Shown here in pieces: positions 35,851-46,485 of a DNA stretch of 64,000 nucleotides. Within the stretch, counting starts at the first letter, position 1. Each line of letters starts with the position of its first letter. Source of the DNA: a virus (lineage: Duplodnaviria; Caudoviricetes); the IMG/VR virus record IMGVR_UViG_3300021399_000003, positions 64,001-128,000 of that record. One strand, written 5' to 3'. Made by a program: the position numbers and the translations under genes. Below the pieces are notes generated by a model. That model saw only the letters and a program-made list of their open reading frames with translations, was not told where the DNA came from and searched no databases.

Positions 35851-37010
35851 GCTCCCTCCAATTCGGCAATTTCTTCGTCAGTAAGGCCGACTATTCGTGA
35901 ACTATAGTATATCCAGTTGGTTGCAGACTGGAATGCGGTTAACAGAGATGTGCGAACGTAAATAGAACCTGAAACTCCACCTGTATAGACAGTGGTGCCA
36001 TCTATCGGCGTATTTTTAAATGCGTTTGAAGCATATAAGGCGACAAGAGAGGTAGATAATAAATATACACTAATTAACTTTCTACACGAAAAAAAAGCAT
36101 TCCCACCTATATAACTACACTCTGGCAAATAAGCATTTGATAAATTGTGACACGATGAAAATGTTTGGCCGCCAACTGATTTGCAGAGTGGTAAGCTAAT
36201 ATATTTCAAAGAGATACACTGTTTAAATGCGCTACTGGCTGCCGTCAAACATTTCGGCAAATATATTGTCGTTAATTGTTCACAGCTTAGAAAAGCTTCA
36301 TTATTTATACGTTCAGTAATCGGTAAACTGATATTTGTTATTCTTGTGCAACCATAAAACGCAGAAGATCCTATGCTTTCACAGTTTTCTAAATTCACGT
36401 CTTGCAATCTTTGACAATATCTAAATGCAGTACCACTAACCAGACTACAAGAAGGCATGATTACCGATACGAGCGAACTACAGCCTTCAAACGCGCCATA
36501 AGATATTAGTTTAACAAGCGATGCTTTTATATTATTTAATTTACTGCAAGAGTAAAATGTATATCTGTCAATAATTGTACAAGATGGGAGGCTCACAGTT
36601 ATTAAACTCGTGCATAGCCCGAACGCTTCCTCTCCAACACTAGAAACATTTTTTAGCTCAACATTTATAATATTGCTTTGGCCGTAAAAGGCATATGATT
36701 GTAATATGCTAATTCTGCTATTAGAATAATATCCCGATAAACTGCCAGTAAGTAATTCATCTTCTAAATCTGTTCCTCCGCCGCTCCCAGCAACGTCAAC
36801 AGTAACCTGACTATAACCGTGTCCGCTGGATGCAGTATATGTACCATTCTCGGTAACACTGAGTGAGCTAAGCTTTACAGCATCCGGAAATGCAGAAACA
36901 GCACTGACAAATCCAGTTGGCCACGTAAGGGATGCGCTGGTATTGCCTTTTGCACGAATGGCATTTGCCACAGAAGTTAAATCGCTATCTGAAACAATAT
37001 AATTCGCCAT
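35847..37010 (-). CDS. BspA-type leucine-rich repeat protein
   Basis: tandem AF..C..L..I.LP repeats. Confidence 0.82.
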   Translation of the reverse strand: MANYIVSDSDLTSVANAIRAKGNTSASLTWPTGFVSAVSAFPDAVKLSSLSVTENGTYTASSGHGYSQVTVDVAGSGGGTDLEDELLTGSLSGYYSNSRISILQSYAFYGQSNIINVELKNVSSVGEEAFGLCTSLITVSLPSCTIIDRYTFYSCSKLNNIKASLVKLISYGAFEGCSSLVSVIMPSCSLVSGTAFRYCQRLQDVNLENCESIGSSAFYGCTRITNISLPITERINNEAFLSCEQLTTIYLPKCLTAASSAFKQCISLKYISLPLCKSVGGQTFSSCHNLSNAYLPECSYIGGNAFFSCRKLISVYLLSTSLVALYASNAFKNTPIDGTTVYTGGVSGSIYVRTSLLTAFQSATNWIYYSSRIVGLTDEEIAELEGA

Positions 37011-38047
37011 TAGAAATTCACCCCCGTAGCAGAAGTAAGAGAGAGTAGGTTCTGTAGCGCGACTTCAGTTAAAGTCGTTGAACCCAATGTTAAAGAATTA
37101 GATGTAATTGCTGGCTTATTAGCAATATAGCCAGGTGCGCCGCTTGCCGCATTCCAATCTGGTGTTGGAATAAATTTACTATCTATTTTTTTAATTTGAG
37201 GAGTTGCTACACTACGATAAATATCAATAGTGTGCTCACCATCATCTATATCATCACAATGTATTGTCAATGATTTGCTTGAACCAGAGGTGTAGTCAAT
37301 CCATAATGGCTGACTATGCAAGGTATTAGCATATGTATTACTCAATACTTGGCTTATAGTGAAATCAACAATATAATAGTCGTTTTCATCTACTTCTACG
37401 CGCACGTTTTTTAATTCACCATATTGTATTAGTTCATCATGATTATTAGAATCAGAATAACTTCCATTAGAAAAATTACCAGTAATAGAAGTAAGATATT
37501 CTAATTCATATGTTTCATATTCATAACAAATGCGATTTTGAATATAAGCTGGACTAGTTGTGTCATTTTCATTCCAATTACTCTGTGGAATTTCAATTGT
37601 AGCGCTTTCGCCGCCACCAAATTTTTCCCAACTTTCATTTGCATAAATCCATTCATCAAACAAATTATTTGAACTACCATTATTGGGTACTAAATAAATA
37701 ATATTTTCTTCAGGTTCATCAATAGTTGGTTCTCCTGTTTCGCTGTCATATTCATCACTAGTACAAATATGAAGCAAATTAAAAGTACTGCTTTGTCCCT
37801 CATCGCTGCCGCTAGATGACATAGAAATAGCTACCCATTCTTTTGTAGAAGTCGCTATATATACGCCCAAGCCATCATTTTCATCTTTAAGAACAATAGC
37901 AACTGAGCCAAGCGACATTTGACTTTTAGGAATATTTGCTAAATCTGCTTTTGTATCACAATAATGCTCATAAGTAATAACATTATCTAATGAGCCTTGT
38001 TTAGTCATAACATTCATTCTATAACCTCCTTTACTCGCCGTCCCCAA
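37010..38047 (-). CDS. tail-fibre-related protein
   Basis: NWN.....YIQN / DWN.....YIANKP repeats; likely start 38017. Confidence 0.6.
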   Translation of the reverse strand: MGTASKGGYRMNVMTKQGSLDNVITYEHYCDTKADLANIPKSQMSLGSVAIVLKDENDGLGVYIATSTKEWVAISMSSSGSDEGQSSTFNLLHICTSDEYDSETGEPTIDEPEENIIYLVPNNGSSNNLFDEWIYANESWEKFGGGESATIEIPQSNWNENDTTSPAYIQNRICYEYETYELEYLTSITGNFSNGSYSDSNNHDELIQYGELKNVRVEVDENDYYIVDFTISQVLSNTYANTLHSQPLWIDYTSGSSKSLTIHCDDIDDGEHTIDIYRSVATPQIKKIDSKFIPTPDWNAASGAPGYIANKPAITSNSLTLGSTTLTEVALQNLLSLTSATGVNF

Positions 38048-38475
38048 GAAAAGCGTTTATTATAAAAATCTTCTAATAAGGTAGAAATCACAACTCCTTT
38101 ATTTTTACGACTGGAAGAACAATGAATGAACTCTCCATCGCCTAAATAAATACCAACATGGTCACATAAATCTTTATCGCGCACAGTATTGAAGAATACT
38201 AAATCCCCTTCTTTGAGTAAGTCAATACTTGTAATTTTTTGATATTCAGTATTATATCCTTGTGCCTTAGCTGTACGTGGTAATTCTATATCTAAAGTTG
38301 TTTTAAAACAATAATAAGTAAAACCAGAACAATCAAATGTTTTAGGGCCTTCTGTACCCCAAACATAAGGCTTACCTAAATGAGTCATGGCTTCATCAAT
38401 AACCGATAAGGTTGCTTGAGCAGTAAAGCAGAAGAGCAATAAAGCTACGATTATTGCTGCAAGGAATTTTTTCAT
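38014..38475 (-). CDS. NlpC/P60 peptidase with signal peptide
   Basis: PYVWG..FDCSG, GDLVFF, HVGIY, FIH. Confidence 0.9.
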   Translation of the reverse strand: MKKFLAAIIVALLLFCFTAQATLSVIDEAMTHLGKPYVWGTEGPKTFDCSGFTYYCFKTTLDIELPRTAKAQGYNTEYQKITSIDLLKEGDLVFFNTVRDKDLCDHVGIYLGDGEFIHCSSSRKNKGVVISTLLEDFYNKRFSWGRRVKEVIE

Positions 38476-38530
38476 TTATACCACCTCAAAAAGAGAAGTG
38501 GAAAGCCTACCTGATTGTTCTGGTTTTTTA

Positions 38531-39463
38531 TTATACCAAAGTGCTAACTGTATTTCTTACCCAACCAATTTGTCCATTAAAGTCTATTTTCATCCAACCA
38601 TCTGCGGTTGTTTCATTAAGATAGAGGAATAGAGAATCTTTTTTTACAATTTCAATAACATTATAGCCAATACCGGGGCCTGTACGTATGTTTACGGTAT
38701 TACCGATTATTTTTACTTTTCGCGCCATATTGATAATTTTATCAAGAAGGGCTTCAGTAATGGTATCATATTTTCCGGTCATTTCTATGCTATATTCTTT
38801 TTGAAATTCTAGAATTGCGGCCATAGTTTCAGAGCCATAATTACCATCAGCGCCATACTTGGGTAGGCATTCAGGGTTCCATTTGAGCAGTTTGAGTTGT
38901 AGTTCTTTTACTTGTTCGCTTGTTTCTCCCGCGCGAATCCCTTGTTCATCGGTAATAAAACGACGGACTTTAATCAATTGCGCGCGGCCTAATGGTGTTG
39001 AAGTCTTCTGATTATAACGCTTTTTACAATAAGTGTTCATATCCTGCTTTTTAGGGGTACTATATCCGTGGCCATATAAAGTGTATTTAGTACCATTGAT
39101 TTCTCCCACCATTTCTACATGGCCGACATAACCTGAAGATTTGCGCGACTTATCTTTTCCCGCAAATAAAAGCATATCGCCTATGCGTAAGACTTCTGGA
39201 TTTTGAATAATACCATTTTTAATTACTACAGGAACATCAACTAATTTTTTACTATTATACATACCTACTGTGTTTAAAATGCCAAAACTCTCTCCCGCCT
39301 GTTTATAGCAGTACGAGATAGAGCTTGAACAATCGGAATAATATTTTCCGTCTTTATATTTTTTAAAACAGTAGTTACGCAATGCTTGACTATATTTGTT
39401 ACGACCTAATATTGAACGATATTGGTCGCGTACTTCTATTCTGCGTTCACTAGCTGTTGCCAT
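38531..39463 (-). CDS. cell-wall hydrolase: NlpC/P60-like + PG-binding + SH3b
   Basis: DCSS, GHVEM, LPKYGADG.YG, VNIRTGPG. Confidence 0.8.
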   Translation of the reverse strand: MATASERRIEVRDQYRSILGRNKYSQALRNYCFKKYKDGKYYSDCSSSISYCYKQAGESFGILNTVGMYNSKKLVDVPVVIKNGIIQNPEVLRIGDMLLFAGKDKSRKSSGYVGHVEMVGEINGTKYTLYGHGYSTPKKQDMNTYCKKRYNQKTSTPLGRAQLIKVRRFITDEQGIRAGETSEQVKELQLKLLKWNPECLPKYGADGNYGSETMAAILEFQKEYSIEMTGKYDTITEALLDKIINMARKVKIIGNTVNIRTGPGIGYNVIEIVKKDSLFLYLNETTADGWMKIDFNGQIGWVRNTVSTLV

Positions 39464-39468
39464 TTAAA

Positions 39469-40236
39469 TCACTCCTCAATTAGAGTCCAACCTGCTGGAT
39501 AGGCTTCTGGTGACCATGTATTATTGTTAATGGTAGACTCATAGATTTGACCATTATACATTACACGGTCTCCAATAGAATATGGATTTGTAGAATCAGG
39601 TTGTGTCCACTCTGGAATAGTTGTTTCTTCCTCTTCTTCTTGTCCTTCTACTTTCCAAGGCGCACCAACACTACCAGGCTCCCAGACATTATTATCTGCT
39701 GTTGAAATCCAGATAACGCCGCTATGAAGTACGCGGTCATTTAAAGCATATCCGTTAGTAGAATCTGGCTGTATCCATTCTGGCACCACAGAAGGGTCGG
39801 GATTAAGTAGAATAGCGAATAGGCTGTGCGCAACTGTTGGCTCCCAACCTGCTTGTGAAGTGTGAGCTTGAAGGACTTTAAAGAGCCCTTGTCCATAACG
39901 AATGCGGTCGCCTACAATATAGGCTACGCCCGCGCGCCATTCTTTGAAGAGAATTGGATATTCAATAGCGGTTTCGTCTGTAAAGGAAGAGGTTATTGAG
40001 TCTAAAGAGGTGCGTAGTATTTCTACTTCTTGACGATTATCAATACCAAGTTTAGTGTAAATTTGTTCTGATTCAGAACGAGAATATAAATTACCGTTGC
40101 TAATATATAAATCAAAATAGTTAATAGCTTCTTGGATGCTATCGGTTGGAGTGTAATTTGCGGTTGGGGTATTGCCATTAAAAGCAACAATTAAACCTGC
40201 ACGATTGTTTGAATAAGTTTCTTTTATAAAGCCCAT
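39469..40236 (-). CDS. CBM5/12-like repeat protein
   Basis: EW.QPDSTN.Y repeats, WSPEAYPAGW. Confidence 0.7.
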   Translation of the reverse strand: MGFIKETYSNNRAGLIVAFNGNTPTANYTPTDSIQEAINYFDLYISNGNLYSRSESEQIYTKLGIDNRQEVEILRTSLDSITSSFTDETAIEYPILFKEWRAGVAYIVGDRIRYGQGLFKVLQAHTSQAGWEPTVAHSLFAILLNPDPSVVPEWIQPDSTNGYALNDRVLHSGVIWISTADNNVWEPGSVGAPWKVEGQEEEEETTIPEWTQPDSTNPYSIGDRVMYNGQIYESTINNNTWSPEAYPAGWTLIEE

Positions 40237-40248
40237 ATTGGTTCCTCC

Positions 40249-43044
40249 TTAATTAGATACTATACCATTCCAATAAAAATGTATGTATAAACCACTTTCT
40301 GTATTGCTTGCATCATAAGGCACGCCACACATTGTTATAGGAGAATTATTAGTAACACTAGTAAAAGCGGTATCAGCGTAGCTGCCAGTACGGTCTAATT
40401 GTATGTTAATAATTCCTAATTGATAATCTATAATTGTTGTTGTCGCAGTTAATTTAGCTGCTCCTGTAGGCAAAGTACCAGTTGTTTCTTTGTCAGTTAC
40501 TTGCCAAGGATCACTTCTTGAATTTAAATATCCAGAAGCTCCTCGTAAATATACATATCCATATGTTTCAGCAAGACAACTATAATCAATTGGTCGTCCT
40601 AAATATATAGTAAATAATAATATATTGGTACTACCAGAAATAATTCCTGGGATTACAATATGACTTTCTTTATCTAAGTGAACGTAATCGTCCTGTCGTA
40701 TACTCATACTATGCCAAGCTTCATCATAAGTAGTAGCACCAGTACCACCACGTTCTATAGGAATAATACTATCAAACTTTCTAAAACACCCATTGTTGTA
40801 CCAATAAATTGGATTATCGGCTTCAAGCGCAATATGATATGTGTCATACGCTGTACCTAGATAGATATAAATAAATCCATCTTCTGATGCGGGCTCAGTT
40901 TGAGTCCACCAACTATTCGCGGGTGAAGAGCGTAATTTAAAACTATCATTATATATGTTATATGTTCCTACAAGATATACGGGTTCGCGCGCGACCAATG
41001 TAGTACCGCAATTGGTACTATAACGTAAATCTACATTGTTCTGTGTAACAGTGGCATTACCATGCGTATCGGTATTATTATTAGCAGCAATATCAGTAGA
41101 AATATTCCAAAAATATACTGGACGATTTAATTTAAATTCAGCATTGCTATTTAATACATGTCCTGTGCCGGTATTATTAAATGTAGAAGTAATACTCTGG
41201 AATTTTCCATCTGCATCTTCCATAAATAAAGTATAACGTCCTAATCCTACAGCTCCAGTATTAACACGCTTAGTACCTAAACTAATATAATGTCCCCAAG
41301 AATCAGCATCACCAGTTTCCTGTAAGCCAGTACCAACGCCACTCATCTCACCACTACTGTAATATGTAGCATTATATAGTGAAGCGTAAGTAACAAGTGA
41401 ATCTTTGAATGCTACGCTACATCCGTAAGTCTCTAATATATTAATTTTATATGTCCTAGCAAGAGAAGTAGCATTATACGCTGATTGTATTCTTATTCCT
41501 AAATGTGCTCCTTGAGCACTATAACCAGATTTTGGGGCTAAAACCCGATGATGATATATGGGATAATAAGATGTGCTATAAAAATGATTAAATATTTGAT
41601 AACGTGCTTGGTCACCACAATATCCAACCCATACATCATAAAATCCTTGACATTGCGTAGTGGAAGTAGATACATCAATAGTATAATGTACCCACCAAGG
41701 TGCATAATAATTACTTGTATTATTTAAAGTAACAGTACCAAAATAAATTACACCGTCATTAGCATCATTTTCTGTAACGGTATAATCGGAATAAGTTTTA
41801 GTGAATATTGGATTTATATCTGATGTTTTAATGTTTGCCCATGAAGGCGCGCTAGTACCGTTAGATTTAAGGAATTGACCACTTGTTCCTGCTGTAGTAG
41901 AAGCATACGCGGTAGCGGAAGAACCATAGATAACACCGCCTTGTGTTGGTGCGGTTGATGTACCCGTGCCACCTGTCTCTACTCCTATAGTACTTCCGTT
42001 CCAAGCTCCATTTAAAAAAGAAATGTTGTTATTTGTGTCTATGGTAATAAATGATTTAGCAGTTCCTGTGCCGTGTGCTGTAACTGCTAATCCACGGTTG
42101 CCGTTACCGCTAGAGTTACCAGTAGAATACATATATAAACCACCAGAATTAGTGAGAACCTGAGCTCTAGACTCAGCAGTACGATCACTACTTCCTGCGC
42201 GTAATTCCAAAGTTGTATAAATAGAACCATTTGAAGCTATCCTGGCAGTATCAGATTCGTCATAACCGATACGAAGCTCTGAGATAGCAGTACTACCACT
42301 AATATATTTATTTGTACTTATTATATAATCATTTTTTCCAGTAGTACTAATAGCACCATATTTGATAAAAAGCCTATCAGACGATGCTGTGCCAGTACCG
42401 GTTTGATATACAGTTTCCGTGGCATAATATGAAACACTAGAAGTGCTAGGTGTTGTGCCTTTAGTATAAGTGGTTCTCCACTTTTTTGGTACATAGTCAG
42501 ATGCTGTTTCAGTCGCCATGCTACCTAAACCCAAATTTGTCCTTGCTTCTGCCGCAGAAGTCGCGCCTGTACCGCCGTGGTCTATTGCAACGGTGCCTGT
42601 TACATTTGTGGCAGTGCCTGTTAAATTACCAGTAATAGTATAATCACCAGTTATAGTTTTATCATAAGGATCAATTACTAGTGGAGTACCAGTACCGGTT
42701 TTAGTTACACCATCAATGGAAGGGCTACCAAAAATACGAAAATCGCCATAGTAATTATCTAATACTATCCCATTAAGAGTGGTTTCTGCCGTAGAGGCCG
42801 CGAGTTCTATTTCGCCGCCCTTTCCGGTAGCAGGTTTAAGTGTCAGATTACCAGTTATTGTGTCTCCACTTTTAGAAACTTTTGCGCTTGCTAAATCATA
42901 AGCACTTTTAACTGCTTTAGAAGAAGCAGAAACATCTGACGAACTACTATTTACTGCATCACTAATAGAACGCCAAGTATCTTTTAAATTACAAACATCA
43001 CCATTAGGTAATTTTATTTTGCTTATTGTATATTCATTTGCCAT
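40249..43044 (-). CDS. tail fibre protein
   Basis: ASSKAVKSAYD, KSGDTITG, GGTGATSAAEARTNLG. Confidence 0.8.
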   Translation of the reverse strand: MANEYTISKIKLPNGDVCNLKDTWRSISDAVNSSSSDVSASSKAVKSAYDLASAKVSKSGDTITGNLTLKPATGKGGEIELAASTAETTLNGIVLDNYYGDFRIFGSPSIDGVTKTGTGTPLVIDPYDKTITGDYTITGNLTGTATNVTGTVAIDHGGTGATSAAEARTNLGLGSMATETASDYVPKKWRTTYTKGTTPSTSSVSYYATETVYQTGTGTASSDRLFIKYGAISTTGKNDYIISTNKYISGSTAISELRIGYDESDTARIASNGSIYTTLELRAGSSDRTAESRAQVLTNSGGLYMYSTGNSSGNGNRGLAVTAHGTGTAKSFITIDTNNNISFLNGAWNGSTIGVETGGTGTSTAPTQGGVIYGSSATAYASTTAGTSGQFLKSNGTSAPSWANIKTSDINPIFTKTYSDYTVTENDANDGVIYFGTVTLNNTSNYYAPWWVHYTIDVSTSTTQCQGFYDVWVGYCGDQARYQIFNHFYSTSYYPIYHHRVLAPKSGYSAQGAHLGIRIQSAYNATSLARTYKINILETYGCSVAFKDSLVTYASLYNATYYSSGEMSGVGTGLQETGDADSWGHYISLGTKRVNTGAVGLGRYTLFMEDADGKFQSITSTFNNTGTGHVLNSNAEFKLNRPVYFWNISTDIAANNNTDTHGNATVTQNNVDLRYSTNCGTTLVAREPVYLVGTYNIYNDSFKLRSSPANSWWTQTEPASEDGFIYIYLGTAYDTYHIALEADNPIYWYNNGCFRKFDSIIPIERGGTGATTYDEAWHSMSIRQDDYVHLDKESHIVIPGIISGSTNILLFTIYLGRPIDYSCLAETYGYVYLRGASGYLNSRSDPWQVTDKETTGTLPTGAAKLTATTTIIDYQLGIINIQLDRTGSYADTAFTSVTNNSPITMCGVPYDASNTESGLYIHFYWNGIVSN

Positions 43045-43066
43045 TTTATCACCTTCCTAGTGATAA

Positions 43067-44002
43067 TTAAGAAACAGTAACGCTTTTATTTGTTCCAGTA
43101 AAGGTTGGCTGCGATACAGTACCAGCCGCGGTTGTTGTTCCTGCGAGTTGTACTTTCGTTCCTGTAAAGGTTGGTTGAGAAATTGTTCCACTTACTTGTT
43201 CGGCTGTACCACTAAATGATGCGGTTTTAGGTACAGATATATTTCCAGTTACTAATCGTACATCATCGCCCGTAAAACTATAAGATGCATCTCCTGTTTT
43301 TACTGGAATATCATTACTCATAGTAGGCAATGTACCCGCGCTCCAACCAATAGTTAACGTTTCATTTACTACATTAGTTGTTAAATTTGGTAAAGACCCA
43401 ACGCCGGTAATTGAATTAACTGTTTGTGTAGTACCAGCAATATCTATACTAATAGAACCACTTGGTGTGTATGTTTTAGGATTAGAGGCATTAATTGTAG
43501 TAGTAGAAACTGTTGCAGTTTTATTTTCATTTGTGAAAGATATGTTTCCACTTGGTGTAAAATTATTGCCTGTAAAGGTCGGTGTACTTACTGTACCGGC
43601 AGGCTGATAGTTTCCATTTGTATTTGTAGTAGAAGTTATCGTTACATTAGAACTACTACCAGTAAAAGTTGGTTGACTAACCGTACCTTCAGGTTTATAG
43701 CTGCCAGAAGCATTATCTTTATAGGCTAAAGCTTTTAATGAAGTATTATCGCCTAACTCATGCCACTTATTATCACTTGTAGAGAAAACAAATTCTTTAC
43801 TACCACAAACAACCATATCGCCATTTGCAGCCGTAAGATTGTTTGTGCCTATTTTATAAGTAGTAGTATCGGCCCCATCGGTTAAGGTAGTAGTAGTAAC
43901 GCCACGAAATTGTAGCCCACCGCCCGCAGTTTCACGGGCTATTGCGTCTTTTATGTCATACGTAGTACCCGAAGGTAATGTTATTTTACTAATATCTGCC
44001 AT
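43067..44002 (-). CDS. T/G-rich fibre-like structural protein
   Basis: GTVSQPTFTG repeats. Confidence 0.65.
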   Translation of the reverse strand: MADISKITLPSGTTYDIKDAIARETAGGGLQFRGVTTTTLTDGADTTTYKIGTNNLTAANGDMVVCGSKEFVFSTSDNKWHELGDNTSLKALAYKDNASGSYKPEGTVSQPTFTGSSSNVTITSTTNTNGNYQPAGTVSTPTFTGNNFTPSGNISFTNENKTATVSTTTINASNPKTYTPSGSISIDIAGTTQTVNSITGVGSLPNLTTNVVNETLTIGWSAGTLPTMSNDIPVKTGDASYSFTGDDVRLVTGNISVPKTASFSGTAEQVSGTISQPTFTGTKVQLAGTTTAAGTVSQPTFTGTNKSVTVS

Positions 44003-44014
44003 ATTTTTTCCTCC

Positions 44015-44536
44015 TTAATTGCGGGTTAAAACAAGAGTTTCATTTACTATATTGTCATTGCAATTTAATTTACCATTCCATTTAGTACGTTCTGTTGCGG
44101 TAATATGAACTGTTGTATTATTTATATGAGATAGCAAATCTGCTGCTATATCATCTCCAACGAATGGTAAATCTATTCCATAAGCTAAGCCATCACCTAT
44201 TTTTATACCCGGCACAGTTGTAGTGCTATTTATCACTGTTTTATCAGTATATAAAATGATATCGCCTTTTTTTGGAATATATCCAATTTTTGATTGCCAT
44301 TCTTCTGTTGAGCCTACTTCTATAGTTTTTCCATTTATTGTAAAAGCATCAATAAATGGTAAATTTATTACTGTTGTATTTCCGTCCCCTACCTTTAAAC
44401 GAGAAAAAGGGTGAGTGTCATCAGCTGAATAAATGATGACCTCACCCTGCCGTGGAATAAAATTAATAGCCTTATTCCAATTAACTTCAGTATCATTTTT
44501 CAACTGAATTCTCGTTTTTATGGTATTTTCTGCCAT
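44015..44536 (-). CDS. Mtd-N/hyaluronidase-N-like repeat protein
   Basis: two K(V/I)GDG...LPF repeats. Confidence 0.65.
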   Translation of the reverse strand: MAENTIKTRIQLKNDTEVNWNKAINFIPRQGEVIIYSADDTHPFSRLKVGDGNTTVINLPFIDAFTINGKTIEVGSTEEWQSKIGYIPKKGDIILYTDKTVINSTTTVPGIKIGDGLAYGIDLPFVGDDIAADLLSHINNTTVHITATERTKWNGKLNCNDNIVNETLVLTRN

Positions 44537-44559
44537 AAAATCACTTCCTTGGCATCATT

Positions 44560-45438
44560 TCAGCCAATTAATTTCTTTATGGTCTTAGGCCCGCATACGC
44601 CATCAACCGTTAAATTATTATCTTTTTGGAATTGTTTTAATGCGGTTTCCGTATCAGTATCAAATAAACCATCATCGCGGCCGCATAGATATCCAAAACT
44701 ATTTAAAAGTAATTGTAATTCTTTAACAGCTTCTCCATTATCATTTTTTCTTACTGTTGTATTTAAAAGATAAAATAAACTATTTTTTAAAGGTGGTTCA
44801 ATTAATAAAGCATCGTTAATAAACCAATTTAAATCTTTATTCCCACATAACTTACTCAAATCCACTCTACCCGCAATTCCATTTATATGGCCATAACTTG
44901 TATATTGCCATAAATCACATGGAAATTTAGGCGCATATTTTTCATCTGCTTCTCCAGTGTTTTTGCCCCATCGTGGAATCCAAATAAAATCATATTCATT
45001 TTTAATATCTTTCATATAAGAGTAGCGAGTCTGTCCTATGTATATGCCAATTTTATTTACGCCCAAATTTTTTAATGTTTTAGCAATAGAAGCACATACA
45101 GGCTTAGTTGTTTTAGAAGTTTGAGTACTATATTCTATATCAGCACAATAAAATAATGGCTCAAGTTCTTCTTGATGCGCACATTCATAGAAAAATTTGG
45201 TTTCTTTTTCTGCTTCTGCAGCAGTGCCTGCTTTATAAAAATGATATACTCCAAATGGTATTCCACAATTTTTAGCATTATGTACATATTTTGTATCTTT
45301 TTTGTTTCCTACACTCGCGCGAAAAATAACAAAATCTAATTCTTTACGAGCGATTTCCCAGTCAATATTTCCTTGATAAACGCTTATATCGGCAATCTTC
45401 ATATTATCGCCTCCTAAAAGAAAAAGGCGGGTTTTCAC
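44560..45438 (-). CDS. GH25 lysozyme endolysin with PG-binding domain
   Basis: DISVYQG, GVYHF, DIE, WQYTS..VD; likely start 45402. Confidence 0.88.
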   Translation of the reverse strand: MKTRLFLLGGDNMKIADISVYQGNIDWEIARKELDFVIFRASVGNKKDTKYVHNAKNCGIPFGVYHFYKAGTAAEAEKETKFFYECAHQEELEPLFYCADIEYSTQTSKTTKPVCASIAKTLKNLGVNKIGIYIGQTRYSYMKDIKNEYDFIWIPRWGKNTGEADEKYAPKFPCDLWQYTSYGHINGIAGRVDLSKLCGNKDLNWFINDALLIEPPLKNSLFYLLNTTVRKNDNGEAVKELQLLLNSFGYLCGRDDGLFDTDTETALKQFQKDNNLTVDGVCGPKTIKKLIG

Positions 45439-45443
45439 CCGCC

Positions 45444-46358
45444 TTATTTATAAAAGATAAAATATTGCTTGTGTGCGTTTTGAACTTCTTTTTCTGTTCC
45501 TTTAGCACGAGTAGATGAAGCACTTGCTGGGTCATTTATATAGAAGTATTTACCATCCCATTTCCAAATGCAACAAAAATGGCCCAGTTTAGTCCATTTT
45601 GAATGACCAAATGATACTACGGCGTAGGCACCATTTTGTAATGCCGCCTTTAAAGTCGTAGTTGATGATGTTTGTACAAACTTACTCGCGCCATATTTAT
45701 TAGCACAATATTTAAAGAAACCCCAAGCAGTGCCACTATTTGTAGTACGATATCCTTGCTTAACTGCTAATGCCGCAAGTGTTTTTGGTGTGGCTGCGAC
45801 GTCCCACCATGTAGCAACTATATCAGCCATAGCGGTAGGGCCACAACCTGAATTACGTATTGTTTGACGTTTATTGTAGGTATTGTTACGTGTATAAACT
45901 GTAGAGCCCCACTTGCTATCATATTGTTTGAAATTTTTTGGCTGTGCATTTTTCTTAGTTGTTGAAGGAACTTTTTCGTCTAATTCTGTAGAAAAAGCTT
46001 TTAGCCAAGTAGATGGTGCAACTATTCCATCTGCTAGTAAGTTGTTTGTGCTTTGATATGCTTTTGTAGACGCTTTTGTCTGCGCGCCAAAAATACCATC
46101 CGCGGTAATATTTAAAATTAATTGCCACATAGCGACATATTTATTTTTATCATTCTGTTTAATGGTTGGCAGAGTTTTAGATAAAATAAGCCAATCATTA
46201 GTGCTCATAATTCCATTGACTTCTAAACCCATTTCATTTTTCCACGCATTTAAAGCGGAGGTAGTTTTGGGGCCAAAAATACCATCTGCTTCAATACCTA
46301 AAAAGGTTTGTAGTATGGTTACTTCAATCCCTTTGCTTTTATTTTTAATTGCTTGCAT
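45444..46358 (-). CDS. PG-binding repeats + C39-like peptidase
   Basis: ADGIFG repeats; Q.D..W, SGCGPT, GHF, INDP. Confidence 0.8.
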   Translation of the reverse strand: MQAIKNKSKGIEVTILQTFLGIEADGIFGPKTTSALNAWKNEMGLEVNGIMSTNDWLILSKTLPTIKQNDKNKYVAMWQLILNITADGIFGAQTKASTKAYQSTNNLLADGIVAPSTWLKAFSTELDEKVPSTTKKNAQPKNFKQYDSKWGSTVYTRNNTYNKRQTIRNSGCGPTAMADIVATWWDVAATPKTLAALAVKQGYRTTNSGTAWGFFKYCANKYGASKFVQTSSTTTLKAALQNGAYAVVSFGHSKWTKLGHFCCIWKWDGKYFYINDPASASSTRAKGTEKEVQNAHKQYFIFYK

Positions 46359-46485
46359 TATTATCCTCCACCTTGACTAATACTCCTTTATCATTTTGTA
46401 TCCAAATTTCATCAAGAGCATCAGTTTCTTCAAAATCATTGGGCTCTGTTGCTACATTAAAGTTAAATAATATCATAAGCCCTCC

